Positions 1 through 12,058 of a stretch of DNA of 64,000 nt are shown here, one piece after another. Origin of the DNA: Thermoguttaceae bacterium (lineage in GTDB: Bacteria; Planctomycetota; Planctomycetia; Pirellulales; Thermoguttaceae); contig JAGBDD010000238.1 of NCBI GenBank assembly GCA_017937685.1, positions 1,166 to 65,165 of the forward strand, given 5' to 3'. Below the pieces are notes generated by a model that ran no database searches, was not told the DNA's origin, and saw only the letters and a list, made by a program, of their open reading frames with translations. A program made the position numbers and the translations under genes. The stretch's first letter is position 1. Every line of letters begins with the position of its first letter.

Positions 1-1335
1 GATCATCGCGTTCGCTTCCGGGTTGTTCGGAATCGTATTCGTCGCGGCGTCGTATTCGACCGGCTTGCGACTGCGAATCGCGAGCGTTCCGAGCAAAACG
101 AACTCAAGAACCGGGGCCGCGTCGACGAAGTTCGACCCGGCTTTTTCGCCCCCTTTGCAAGCGGTCAACCATTCGGCGAAGACGTCGCCGCGTCTCGGGA
201 GCCGCTTCGGAACGTCCGCGAACTTCTGCGCTCGCTCCGGATTCAAGATTTGGTCGTCGAACATGACGCCTTCGTCGCCGACGTAAAGGACGCCTTCGGT
301 CGGGAGCGAATCGCCGTTCCAATCGCGCGGCATAGGGGGGCGGATTCCGCCGTCGCTCCAAACGAGGCGAATAGGCGGTCGACCGTCGCGTTCCGGGAAG
401 TCGTAAGTAACGACGCTCGACAACGGGAACGAAACGTCGTAAAATTTCGAGGTCGACGCGACGACGCGGCTCGGCGTCCCGAGTTTGAGCGCCCGGTAAG
501 GAATGTTCGCCCAATGGCAGCCCATATCGCCGAGCGCGCCGGTTCCGAACGCCGTCCAACCGCGGAAGTTGAACGGATGGAAAACCGCTTGACCGCCCCA
601 ATTTTCCGGACTCATTTTCGGAATCGGCGACGACTCCGGCCAACGGTCGGCGAACGGGATTTTCGGCGCCGGGCCGAGCCAAGCGTCCCAATCGAAACCG
701 TCCGGAATCGGGCTCGTAAAGTCCGGGTAAGACGGCGCGCCCTGCGGCCAAACCGGGCGAAGGCTCCAGCAGTAAACTTCCCTAACTTGCCCGATCGCCC
801 CCGCTTCCAACAACTCGACGACGCGACAGCCGGTTTCGCCGGTCGCCGGACTCGTCGTGATTTGCGTCGCGACGCCCGCTTTTTTCGCCGCTTCGACGAC
901 GACGCGCCCCTCTTCGAGCGTTCGCGTCAACGGTTTGACGCAGCAAAGATGCTTCCCGGCTCGAAGCGCGGCGAGCGAAACGATCGCGTGCGTGTGGTCG
1001 GGCGTCCCGCAGTAAACCGCGTCGATTTTGTCCCCCTCGGCGTCGAGCGCTTCGCGGAAGTCTTTGTATTTTCGCGCTTGCGGGAAGACTTTAAACGTCT
1101 TTTCGGCGTGCGCCCAGTCGATATCGCAAAGCGCTTCGACTTGGAAGCCGACCCGCGCCGCGTCTTGCGTTTGCGGACAGCCGATTCCGCCGACGCCGAT
1201 TCCGAGGAGCGTCGGTTTGTCGCTCGGGGCCGTTTCGCCGCGTCCGAGAACGGAGCGCGGAACGATCGTCGGCGCGAGCGCGACCGCCCCAAAGGTCGCG
1301 GCGGCGCCTAAAAAATTTCGTCGCGAAAGTTTCAT
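1..1335 (-). CDS. Gfo/Idh/MocA-family oxidoreductase with twin-arginine (Tat) signal; C-terminus runs off the window (partial)
   Basis: Absent from the ORF track because it has no stop inside the window. The reverse frame is open from ATG 1335-1333 (AAGGGGA RBS just upstream) to nt 1. Translation is MKLSRRNFLGAAATFGAVALAP... (SRRNFLG Tat motif), then GIGVGGIG Rossmann motif and DAVYCGTPDHTHA, ending ...NNPEANAMI at nt 1. Track ORFs 104..751(-), 250..1311(+) and 927..1292(-) are Arg-rich shadows of this gene. Confidence 0.85.
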   Translation of the reverse strand, partial: MKLSRRNFLGAAATFGAVALAPTIVPRSVLGRGETAPSDKPTLLGIGVGGIGCPQTQDAARVGFQVEALCDIDWAHAEKTFKVFPQARKYKDFREALDAEGDKIDAVYCGTPDHTHAIVSLAALRAGKHLCCVKPLTRTLEEGRVVVEAAKKAGVATQITTSPATGETGCRVVELLEAGAIGQVREVYCWSLRPVWPQGAPSYPDFTSPIPDGFDWDAWLGPAPKIPFADRWPESSPIPKMSPENWGGQAVFHPFNFRGWTAFGTGALGDMGCHWANIPYRALKLGTPSRVVASTSKFYDVSFPLSSVVTYDFPERDGRPPIRLVWSDGGIRPPMPRDWNGDSLPTEGVLYVGDEGVMFDDQILNPERAQKFADVPKRLPRRGDVFAEWLTACKGGEKAGSNFVDAAPVLEFVLLGTLAIRSRKPVEYDAATNTIPNNPEANAMI

Positions 1336-1442
1336 TTTCTTCCCCTTATATTAATATTGACAAAAACGGAAAAAATAACGAAGAAAAAACTTCAAAGAAC
1401 CAAACGCCGAACCGCCGCCCGACCGGACGCGTCGACGACCGA

Positions 1443-4121
1443 TTAAACAAAACTAACTTTCCCTTTTTCGCGCCGCCCGCCGACTTTTCGAACGACGAAC
1501 GCGCCCAAACCGAGAACGACGCAAGCGAGCGCGAGCGTTTCCGCGAGGTCGCGCCCGCCGAGAAGCGTTCCCTTCCCGAGCCGCGCGCAGTCGACCGGCA
1601 AAACTTCCGCCGCGACAACCTCCGTTCCGCCCCGAGCGCCGCGACTCCGAACCCGCCCGGCTTGGTCGATATGCGCCGAAAAACCGCCGTGCGTCGCGGC
1701 GACGACCGGCTTGCGATTCTCGACGGCGCGAAAAACTTGCGTCGCGAGGTGCCCGTCCGTTTGCGACCCGTTGCGGAACCAACCGTCGTTCGAGAGGCAA
1801 ACCAAAACGTCCGGCTCCGCGCCCGCCGCGGTCAGTTCGCGGACTTGCTCCTTGACGTAATGCGGAATCGAGCTTTCGAAGCAAATGTGCGGCGCGAAAA
1901 GAAGCGGTTCCGCTTGCGCGACTTGCCCTCTTTTCCCATTTTGCGTCTTTTCGCCGTTCGCGGCGTCTTTTTCGTTCCCACCAATCGCTCCAACTCCAAC
2001 GCTCTCGCCAATTCCGCCGTTTTCCGCCGCTCGGACGCGTCGAACGACCGGAAAAACGACCGGCCCGGCGCCGCGTTCGAGCGAAAAATCGGCGCAAACC
2101 GCCTTCAACGGGAACCAATCGGGGAGCAAGTCGGCGCCGGGAATGTATTCGCCGCAAATAACGAGCCGCCGCTTCCCGTAAAGCCGGAACGCCGCAAGGT
2201 TCGGATCGTTCGGCGCGGTCGAAGCGGGCGTTTTCCAGTCGACGTATTTTTCCCAACTCGCCTCTCTTCCCGATTTTTCCGCGTTCGCCGTTCCTCCTAA
2301 TCCGCCCAATTCTCCCGATTCCCCCGTTTCTCCCGCTTCGTTCGCCGGAACCGTCGCGTTAAAGTCGACGTATTTTTCCCCAAGCGCCGCGACGGTCGCC
2401 GAATCGAGACGCGGCGCGAAGACGGCGGCGTTAAAAACGGTCGTTTCGTCCCCGGCGTCGACGTCGACGAGAAGCGCGGTCGTCCCCAAAATCGCCGCCG
2501 CGCCGAGCCGTTCCGTCAAGCGAGCCGCGTCGCGCCGCGACCGGGAAAGCGCCCGCGACTTTTCGGCCCGCGCGATTCGCTCGACTTCCGCCGTCGGATT
2601 CGCCCCGTTTACCGAAACCGCCGATTCTTTCGCGCTTACCTTATTTGTTAAAACCTCCGAATTTACCGCGCTTCCCCCGCTTGTCGCAACCGCCGAACTT
2701 GCCGCGCTTTCCCCGTTCGCCGCGCCCGCCGCCGTTTTCTCGTCCCAAAAGACGTCGAAGCAACTTTCCGGCCAAACGACGACGTCGAAACCGACCGCGT
2801 CGCGCCCCGCCTCCGCCGCCAGCGCAAGATAAGTTTCCGCAACTTGCGTATTTTGCCAATCAGGAACCGGGAAGCGATACGTCGTTGCGTCCTGCAAGAG
2901 CGCGACTCGGCAAGGAACCGCGCCCGACTCGACCGCCGAACGCTCCGCCGCGTCGAAAAATTCGAGTCGCCAAGCGCCGAAACCGACGACGACGGCGAAC
3001 ATCGCGACCGCGCCAAGCGCCGAAAACGCGACGCGCTTCCATTTCGCGCCGTCCAACTCGCGCCGTTTTGCGCCGTTTGCCGAATCGCCGCCTTCCGCCG
3101 AAACCGCCCCGCTTACTTCGTCCGCTTTATTTACTTTACTTGCGCAACTTCGCGAAACCGCCGCCGCGAACGCCGCTCCAAAGAGCGTTCCGACCGCGAC
3201 GATCGTCGCGCCGACGCCGTATTCGCCGAACGGTTCGGCAATTTGGATAAATTGGGGAAAGTCGTAAACGGAATGCGAGAGCCCAGCGAAAGAAAAACCG
3301 CCGAGTCCGCGGTTGCGCAACCATTCGACCGCCGTCCAAGCGACCGGCGCCGCCAACCAAAGCGGAAGTCCGAACCGTTTCTCCGTTTGCGCTCCTTGCG
3401 CAATTTCACCGACTTGTCCCGTCCGCTTCCTTTGCGCATTTCCCGCCGTTTGCGCGCCTTGCGTCGTTTGTCGCGCCTTTAACGTTAAAACCGGCGCAGC
3501 TTTCCCGCTCGTCGTCTTTTCGTTGTTTTGCGCCGTCGAAGCCGTTCGCGTTCTTTGCGTCGACTCGCCGTTTTCCTCGCCTTTCTCAACTCCCCCAATC
3601 TCTTTGCTTCCCCCGCTCTCCCTATTTTCCGCCGTTAAATCGTTTCGCGCCGCAACTTTTCCGGTCAGCGCCCGAGTTATCGCGACAAAAAACGGAAAAT
3701 AAATCGCCAAATACGCCGACGCCGCCAACCAACCGAGCGTCGTCGCCGGATGCGGATAAGAAATCCAAACGACCGTCGCCGCCCAAAAGCAAAACGCCGC
3801 CGTCCAATATTGGCGATACTCCCCGCCGAAAAAGACGCGTCCGAGAAACCGCGCCAAGAGCCGAGTCAACCGAAACCGCCGTTTTTTCCCCGTCTCGCTT
3901 TCTTCGCTATTTTTCGCAACCTGCGCAACCCCCGCGTTTTCACCGCTCCGCTTAACGAAAACGCAAAAATCGGGATTGAAAACGGTCGCGGCCCAAACGG
4001 TCGGAACGAGAAAAACCGCCCAACCAATCCAAGACGGCGGCAAAGAAGCCCAATAAAGAAAAAACGACAAAGACGCGGCGACGAACGGCGCTCGACGCCC
4101 GACGCAAAATTTCGACGACAT
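1443..4121 (-). CDS. lnt: Apolipoprotein N-acyltransferase (Lnt), unusually long (892 aa) with low-complexity insertions
   Basis: N-terminal polytopic membrane region (FLYWASLPPSWIGWAVFLVP...). C-terminal CN-hydrolase domain with the Lnt triad contexts VVWPES (Glu), YGKRRLVICGEY (Lys) and HICFES (Cys), plus the LSNDGWF motif. Confidence 0.8.
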   Translation of the reverse strand: MSSKFCVGRRAPFVAASLSFFLYWASLPPSWIGWAVFLVPTVWAATVFNPDFCVFVKRSGENAGVAQVAKNSEESETGKKRRFRLTRLLARFLGRVFFGGEYRQYWTAAFCFWAATVVWISYPHPATTLGWLAASAYLAIYFPFFVAITRALTGKVAARNDLTAENRESGGSKEIGGVEKGEENGESTQRTRTASTAQNNEKTTSGKAAPVLTLKARQTTQGAQTAGNAQRKRTGQVGEIAQGAQTEKRFGLPLWLAAPVAWTAVEWLRNRGLGGFSFAGLSHSVYDFPQFIQIAEPFGEYGVGATIVAVGTLFGAAFAAAVSRSCASKVNKADEVSGAVSAEGGDSANGAKRRELDGAKWKRVAFSALGAVAMFAVVVGFGAWRLEFFDAAERSAVESGAVPCRVALLQDATTYRFPVPDWQNTQVAETYLALAAEAGRDAVGFDVVVWPESCFDVFWDEKTAAGAANGESAASSAVATSGGSAVNSEVLTNKVSAKESAVSVNGANPTAEVERIARAEKSRALSRSRRDAARLTERLGAAAILGTTALLVDVDAGDETTVFNAAVFAPRLDSATVAALGEKYVDFNATVPANEAGETGESGELGGLGGTANAEKSGREASWEKYVDWKTPASTAPNDPNLAAFRLYGKRRLVICGEYIPGADLLPDWFPLKAVCADFSLERGAGPVVFPVVRRVRAAENGGIGESVGVGAIGGNEKDAANGEKTQNGKRGQVAQAEPLLFAPHICFESSIPHYVKEQVRELTAAGAEPDVLVCLSNDGWFRNGSQTDGHLATQVFRAVENRKPVVAATHGGFSAHIDQAGRVRSRGARGGTEVVAAEVLPVDCARLGKGTLLGGRDLAETLALACVVLGLGAFVVRKVGGRREKGKVSFV

Positions 4122-4294
4122 TCAAATTTCCCCGAAAACCAAGAATAACGGCGCCGATTTCAAAAATTTCGACGCTTTACCGCGCCGGGACAAGCGACCG
4201 TTTTCGCCGCGCAAACCCCGGCGCGCAACGCTCGGCGAGGCGGAGTCGGCGCAAAAAACGGCTCCGCGTCGCGTTAAAATCGGCCAAGTCGACG

Positions 4295-6115
4295 TTAATT
4301 TAACGCCGCGGCGACGTCGGCGGTCGGTTCGTCGACGACGCGAACGCCGAACCGCTCGGCGAAAACCGCGACCGTCTCCGGCTTCCAAGCGACGGGCGCG
4401 GTCGGGCCGACGAAAACGCGTCGATACCCGAGTCCCAACGCCGCCAAAAACGCCGCCGTCGACGTTTCGTCAAAGCAACTAAAGAAGAACGCGACCGGGG
4501 AAACGGCGGGCTCGCGGTCGAGTTCGGCGCCCAGCTTCTCGGCGAAACGGAAAACGGCCGCCGCGTCGCAAACGCGCCCCAAGTCGAGCGTTTTCGGCGT
4601 TCCGAACGCGGTCGGCGGCGCCGGTTTGCGGTTGAAACGGCATTTCGCGTCGCCGAACGAAACAATCGCCGAATCCGCCGGAATCGCGTCGAATAGATTT
4701 GCAAAGTAATCGCTTCCGCCGTCCGGCGCGTCCTCGCCGCCGACGACGAAAACGCGCTTCGTTCGGTCTTGTCGGAACGCCCGCGCCAATTTGTCGATCA
4801 TTCCGCCGAGCCCGTCGCCGCCGAAACCGACCGCGATTTTTTCGGTCGCGCCCTTGCCTCGCGTCTCGGGAAAACCGGGCGAGTCGACCGCCGCTCGAAT
4901 CAGCTCCGCGAAATCGAGTTTGCCGGAAGCGTCGCGTTCCAACGCGGCGACGCCGTCCAAACGGGTCGCGCCGGCGGTAAAGATGTAATCGCGGTACGAC
5001 TCGTCCGGCGTTTCCAAGGGCGTCGACGCGACGAGAATCGCGCCCGGAAACGCGCCCAATTCCCGACGTTGGTCGAGCCAAGACCCGCCGTAATGCCCGG
5101 CCAAGCGCTTGAACTTCTTGAACGCCGGGAAGGAGTGCGCCGCGATCGCCTCGCCGCGCGTCCAAACGTTCAAATCGCGAATTTCGGCCCGTTCGAGGAG
5201 TTCGAGCAGAACGTCGAAATCGTCGCCGCTAAAGAGAACGCATTTTCCGCCCGCCGCCGACGCGCGAACGACCGACGGAACCGGCGTTCCGTACTCGAGA
5301 AACGTCCCGACTTCGACCAACTCCAACGCCGACGCCGCCAACCGCCCGGTTTTCTCGACCGCGTCCGCCAACGCGTCGACGTCGGTCGGTTCCGGCGCCA
5401 ACGTCGCGAGCGTTTCGACGACGCCGTCGACGACCGCGCGCCGCGTCGTTCGCCAACGCTCGACTTCCGCTTCGATTCGCTCCGCTTCGGCGATCAACGC
5501 GGCCTTCGCTTCCTTTTCTTTAGCGTCGCGGGCTCGCGTTTCCTTCGCTCGAGCGCGAATCCCTTGCGCCTCGAACTCGCGACGCGAAATCGTTCGGGCG
5601 CCCAAATCCGTCGCTTGCGCCAACAACGTCGCGACGCCTTTCAAACCGTCGACGATCGTCTCCTGCAAGCCGAACGCCGCCGCGCCGAGCCGTTCAAGAC
5701 GAGCCGCCGCGTCGTATTCTTCGCCTTGCGCCGCCAACTCTTCGACCGTCGCGTCGTCGGGCGCGGACGCGGCGCTTTCCTGTTCGCGAAATTGTTTTTC
5801 CAAATCTTCTTGATATTCGGGTTCTTTTTCATTCCCCAAATATTCGGCCAACTGGAAGACAAGGTCGGCCTTCAAAATCAACCGCGTCAACTCTCGAGCG
5901 TCCGCGCTCGACGCCCGCGAGGTCGCCGTCAACGCTTCGAGCAAAAACTCCTCGACCGGAACGCCGCGGTTCTCCCAAGCGAGCGCCTTCGCCGCCTCGG
6001 ACGCGATATGTTTGCACCAAGCGAGCAACTGATTCCGAAGACGGAGCGTTTTCGGGTCTTCGGCGGCGCGCGCTTCGGACGTTCGTTCGTTTCGATTTTC
6101 AAACATTTCGTTCAC
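4295..6115 (-). CDS. Hybrid-cluster-protein (Hcp/prismane, CODH superfamily) homolog lacking most Fe-S cluster ligands
   Basis: The 606-aa ORF is collinear with Hcp as I recall it: GLQETIVDGLKGVATLLAQATDLG, GGKCVLFSGDDFDVLLELLE, NVWTRGEAIAAHSFPAFKKFKRLAGHYGGSWLDQ, FPGAILVAST, IAVGFGG, RVFVVGGEDA, FGDAKCRFN, LDLGRVCDAA, FGVRVV. The start is GTG 6115 or in-frame ATG 6106. Confidence 0.75.
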   Translation of the reverse strand: MNEMFENRNERTSEARAAEDPKTLRLRNQLLAWCKHIASEAAKALAWENRGVPVEEFLLEALTATSRASSADARELTRLILKADLVFQLAEYLGNEKEPEYQEDLEKQFREQESAASAPDDATVEELAAQGEEYDAAARLERLGAAAFGLQETIVDGLKGVATLLAQATDLGARTISRREFEAQGIRARAKETRARDAKEKEAKAALIAEAERIEAEVERWRTTRRAVVDGVVETLATLAPEPTDVDALADAVEKTGRLAASALELVEVGTFLEYGTPVPSVVRASAAGGKCVLFSGDDFDVLLELLERAEIRDLNVWTRGEAIAAHSFPAFKKFKRLAGHYGGSWLDQRRELGAFPGAILVASTPLETPDESYRDYIFTAGATRLDGVAALERDASGKLDFAELIRAAVDSPGFPETRGKGATEKIAVGFGGDGLGGMIDKLARAFRQDRTKRVFVVGGEDAPDGGSDYFANLFDAIPADSAIVSFGDAKCRFNRKPAPPTAFGTPKTLDLGRVCDAAAVFRFAEKLGAELDREPAVSPVAFFFSCFDETSTAAFLAALGLGYRRVFVGPTAPVAWKPETVAVFAERFGVRVVDEPTADVAAALN

Positions 6116-6697
6116 CGTTACTTTCTACGTTCCTAAAAAATAAGGGAGAGGGAAATAAACGACGCCGTTTTCTCCGTCGCGTCAAGCGACTCGACCAAGT
6201 AAAACGCAAAGACGGTCGAGCGAACGCGCCGCCCGTTGCAACCGCTTCGCCCTACCGTCCTCAAAATCGTTCGGCGCGTCCCTAACTCGCTAATTTACAT
6301 CTTACCTAAATTGCCGTCTCAAAATTTCGTTTACCTTATTATAAGGCCTCCGACCTCAAAAAGCAACACGTTTTAAAAAATTCTCAAAATTTTCTTCGCA
6401 AAAAACAATTTTTTCTCGCCCCGTCGCCTTCTTTACGCGGCGCGCGACGGCGCGAACGCTCCCTCTCCGTTTTTCGACATTTCTCTCCGCCGCCGACGTC
6501 GCGGAGTCGCCCCCAATGAGAAAAGCGCGCTTTTTGCGCGACGAAGCCTCGCAACTTAGGCAAGCCTAACTCGTTTCTCGTTCGCCGTTTACTTGAAATT
6601 GCGCCGTTAAACTGGGGGCTTTGCGCAAAGAGCGCGGCTTGCGTCGGTTCCGCGCTCGCGCAAACGACGGAAATAAAAAAGTAACGCCGCCCCCCGC

Positions 6698-6726
6698 TTG
6701 CCAAAAGTCGAAACTGGAGGTAGAAT
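6698..6726 (+). promoter_or_regulatory. Sigma70-like promoter candidate for the PFOR gene (TTGCCA-17 nt-TAGAAT)
   Basis: -35 TTGCCA at 6698-6703, 17-nt spacer, -10 TAGAAT at 6721-6726. This implies a 5' leader of about 150 nt before the AGGAG RBS (6872-6876) and ATG 6883. Consensus match only. Confidence 0.4.
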
Positions 6727-6882
6727 GAGAGCAAAAAATATAGGACGGGTACGCCCGCCCCGCGCGGCGTCGAATCGCGACGTTTTTGGACGACTTTTGC
6801 CTCTCGGCGAAACGACGCGACGCGCTTCCTTGCGACGCCCCATTAGAGGCGCCCCGAACGAATATTTTACTAGGAGACTTAA

Positions 6883-10413
<3,531 letters not shown>

Positions 10414-10487
10414 TAACGGTTTAAGCCGTTGGTCGACGTAAGAGCGCGAGTCGAAACGCCGATTCGCGCTCTCCGCGCCGCAAGAAA

Positions 10488-10531
10488 CAAAAAACGACGG
10501 AAGAGGCGAACGCTTTTTCCGTCGTTTTTTA
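10488..10531. terminator. Bidirectional intrinsic terminator between convergent nifJ and azlD
   Basis: Stem CGACGGAA (10495-10502) pairs with TTCCGTCG (10517-10524). It is flanked by an A-run upstream and TTTTTT (10525-10530) downstream. A second hairpin, AGAGCGCGA...TCGCGCTCT, lies at 10441-10472. Confidence 0.7.
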
Positions 10532-10606
10532 TTGTCTGAAATATTTCATCGTTTGCAAACCGCGTCCCGTCGTCGTTTCCTTTTTCGGCGAAGACGTTCT
10601 AAACGC

Positions 10607-10939
10607 TCAAACAAAAACGCGTTGCAGGAGCGCCATATACAAAAGCGTTCCGCCGCCGACGCTCAGGAGCATATTCCCCTTCCAAGCGTGCAGGATCGCG
10701 ACGGCGACTCCGGCGATCAGTTCCGGAAGCGCGAACGGATACCGAAGCGGCGTCGCGTTCCTAAAGCAATAAACGACAAGCATTGCGATGATCGCCGGCG
10801 GCAGCGCGACGCCAAGATACGAAACGACTTCCGGCGTCTTACGCTTCCCGCCGAACACAAGAAACGGAAAGAAGCGGAGCCCCGCCGTTACCGCCGCGAC
10901 GACCGCGACGATCGCGACCGAATGCGAAAAATCGATCAT
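10607..10939 (-). CDS. azlD: Branched-chain amino acid exporter small subunit AzlD
   Basis: 110-aa hydrophobic protein MIDFSHSVAIVAVVAAVTAGLRFFPFLVFG... starting at ATG 10939. Its start overlaps the azlC stop by 4 nt. The longer track ORF (to 11320) is an Arg-rich extension across azlC and was discarded. Confidence 0.8.
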   Translation of the reverse strand: MIDFSHSVAIVAVVAAVTAGLRFFPFLVFGGKRKTPEVVSYLGVALPPAIIAMLVVYCFRNATPLRYPFALPELIAGVAVAILHAWKGNMLLSVGGGTLLYMALLQRVFV

Positions 10940-11706
10940 CGTTCCCCCTCCTTTTCCGCCGCGTCTTCGGAAGCGAGCGTTTCTCCCGTCGACGCAAACT
11001 CTTGCGCCGCCGACGTTTCCGTTCCCTTCTTCGTTTCGAAAAAGCGTCGTCCGCCGATCAAAACCGCGCAAATCCCGAGCGTCGCCGGAATGAGAAAATT
11101 GTCCGGCCCGAACGCAAACAGCGCCAAAATCGAAACCGCGACGCCGACCGACGCCGGTCGATGACGCCGCGTTCCCTTCCATTGCTCGACAAAAACCGCG
11201 ACGAAAAGCGCCGTCATCGCGAAATCGACGCCCCGCGAATCGAACTCGACGAGCGTTCCGACGACCGCGCCGACGACGCACCCGACGATCCAATACGAAT
11301 GGTCGAAAAGCGTCAGCCAAAAAGCGAAACGCGGGAAATCGGTTCCGTCCGGCGACTTACCGTCGCAGGTGAGCGAGTACGTTTCGTCGGTCATTCCAAA
11401 GACGATGTAAGGCTTGTATTTACCGGCGTTTCGATATTTTTCGATCATCGTAACGCCGTAAAAAATATGCCGCGCGTTGACCATAAAGGTCGCGATCGCC
11501 GTCGCGACGAGCGTCGCCTGATTCGCCAGCAAATCGACGGCGAGATACTGCATCGCTCCGGCGTAAATCGTTACGCTCATCGCCAGCGCCCAAATCGGCC
11601 CGTACCCGGCTTGCGCAAGCAAAACGCCGAACCCGAACCCAAGCGCGAGGTATCCCGCCATCACCGGCAAAGATTTTACAAACGCCGCTTTTACGGTCTT
11701 TTTCAC
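10936..11706 (-). CDS. azlC: Branched-chain amino acid exporter AzlC
   Basis: 256 aa with AzlC-like sequence LPVMAGYLALGFGFGVLLAQAGYGPIWALAMSVTIYAGAMQYLAVDLL...NARHIFYG. GTG start at 11706 with an AAAGG RBS. Operon with azlD. Confidence 0.85.
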   Translation of the reverse strand: MKKTVKAAFVKSLPVMAGYLALGFGFGVLLAQAGYGPIWALAMSVTIYAGAMQYLAVDLLANQATLVATAIATFMVNARHIFYGVTMIEKYRNAGKYKPYIVFGMTDETYSLTCDGKSPDGTDFPRFAFWLTLFDHSYWIVGCVVGAVVGTLVEFDSRGVDFAMTALFVAVFVEQWKGTRRHRPASVGVAVSILALFAFGPDNFLIPATLGICAVLIGGRRFFETKKGTETSAAQEFASTGETLASEDAAEKEGER

Positions 11707-12058
11707 CGCTTTTACCTTTGTCTATTCTCGCTATTTTCGCCGTTTTCTCAAAGAACCGCGTTTTTTCTCCGTCTCGACGCGCCGAGAGCGCCTTAAACAG
11801 GAATCGCGACCGCCGAAGTTTATTTTCATCATACCGCAATTTTCAAATTTTTGAAGCCCCGAACGCCCGAAATTTCCCGAAACGCGCTAGCCGCCTCCAT
11901 CCCAATATGCGAAAATCAAAAATTCTCGCGCTCGCTCTTGCGGCGTTCGCCGTTTGACGTTAAAATAAACGACGCTTGCGCTTTTGGCCCGTCCGAAACC
12001 ACGCAGATTTTCTATTTTATCGTTTTTATTAAACTCGACCGTCTTAGGAGCGTTCCTG

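Noticed and set aside
104-1311. Track ORFs 104..751(-), 250..1311(+), 927..1292(-), 1028..1354(+) at the left edge
   Set aside because: All are Arg/Ser-rich shadows. The real gene is the third minus frame (1..1335), which the track omitted because it has no in-window stop.
10607-11320. 237-aa version of the azlD ORF extending upstream
   Set aside because: The upstream 127 codons are Arg-rich and overlap azlC in another frame. The hydrophobic AzlD-like sequence begins at ATG 10939, which overlaps the azlC stop by 4 nt.
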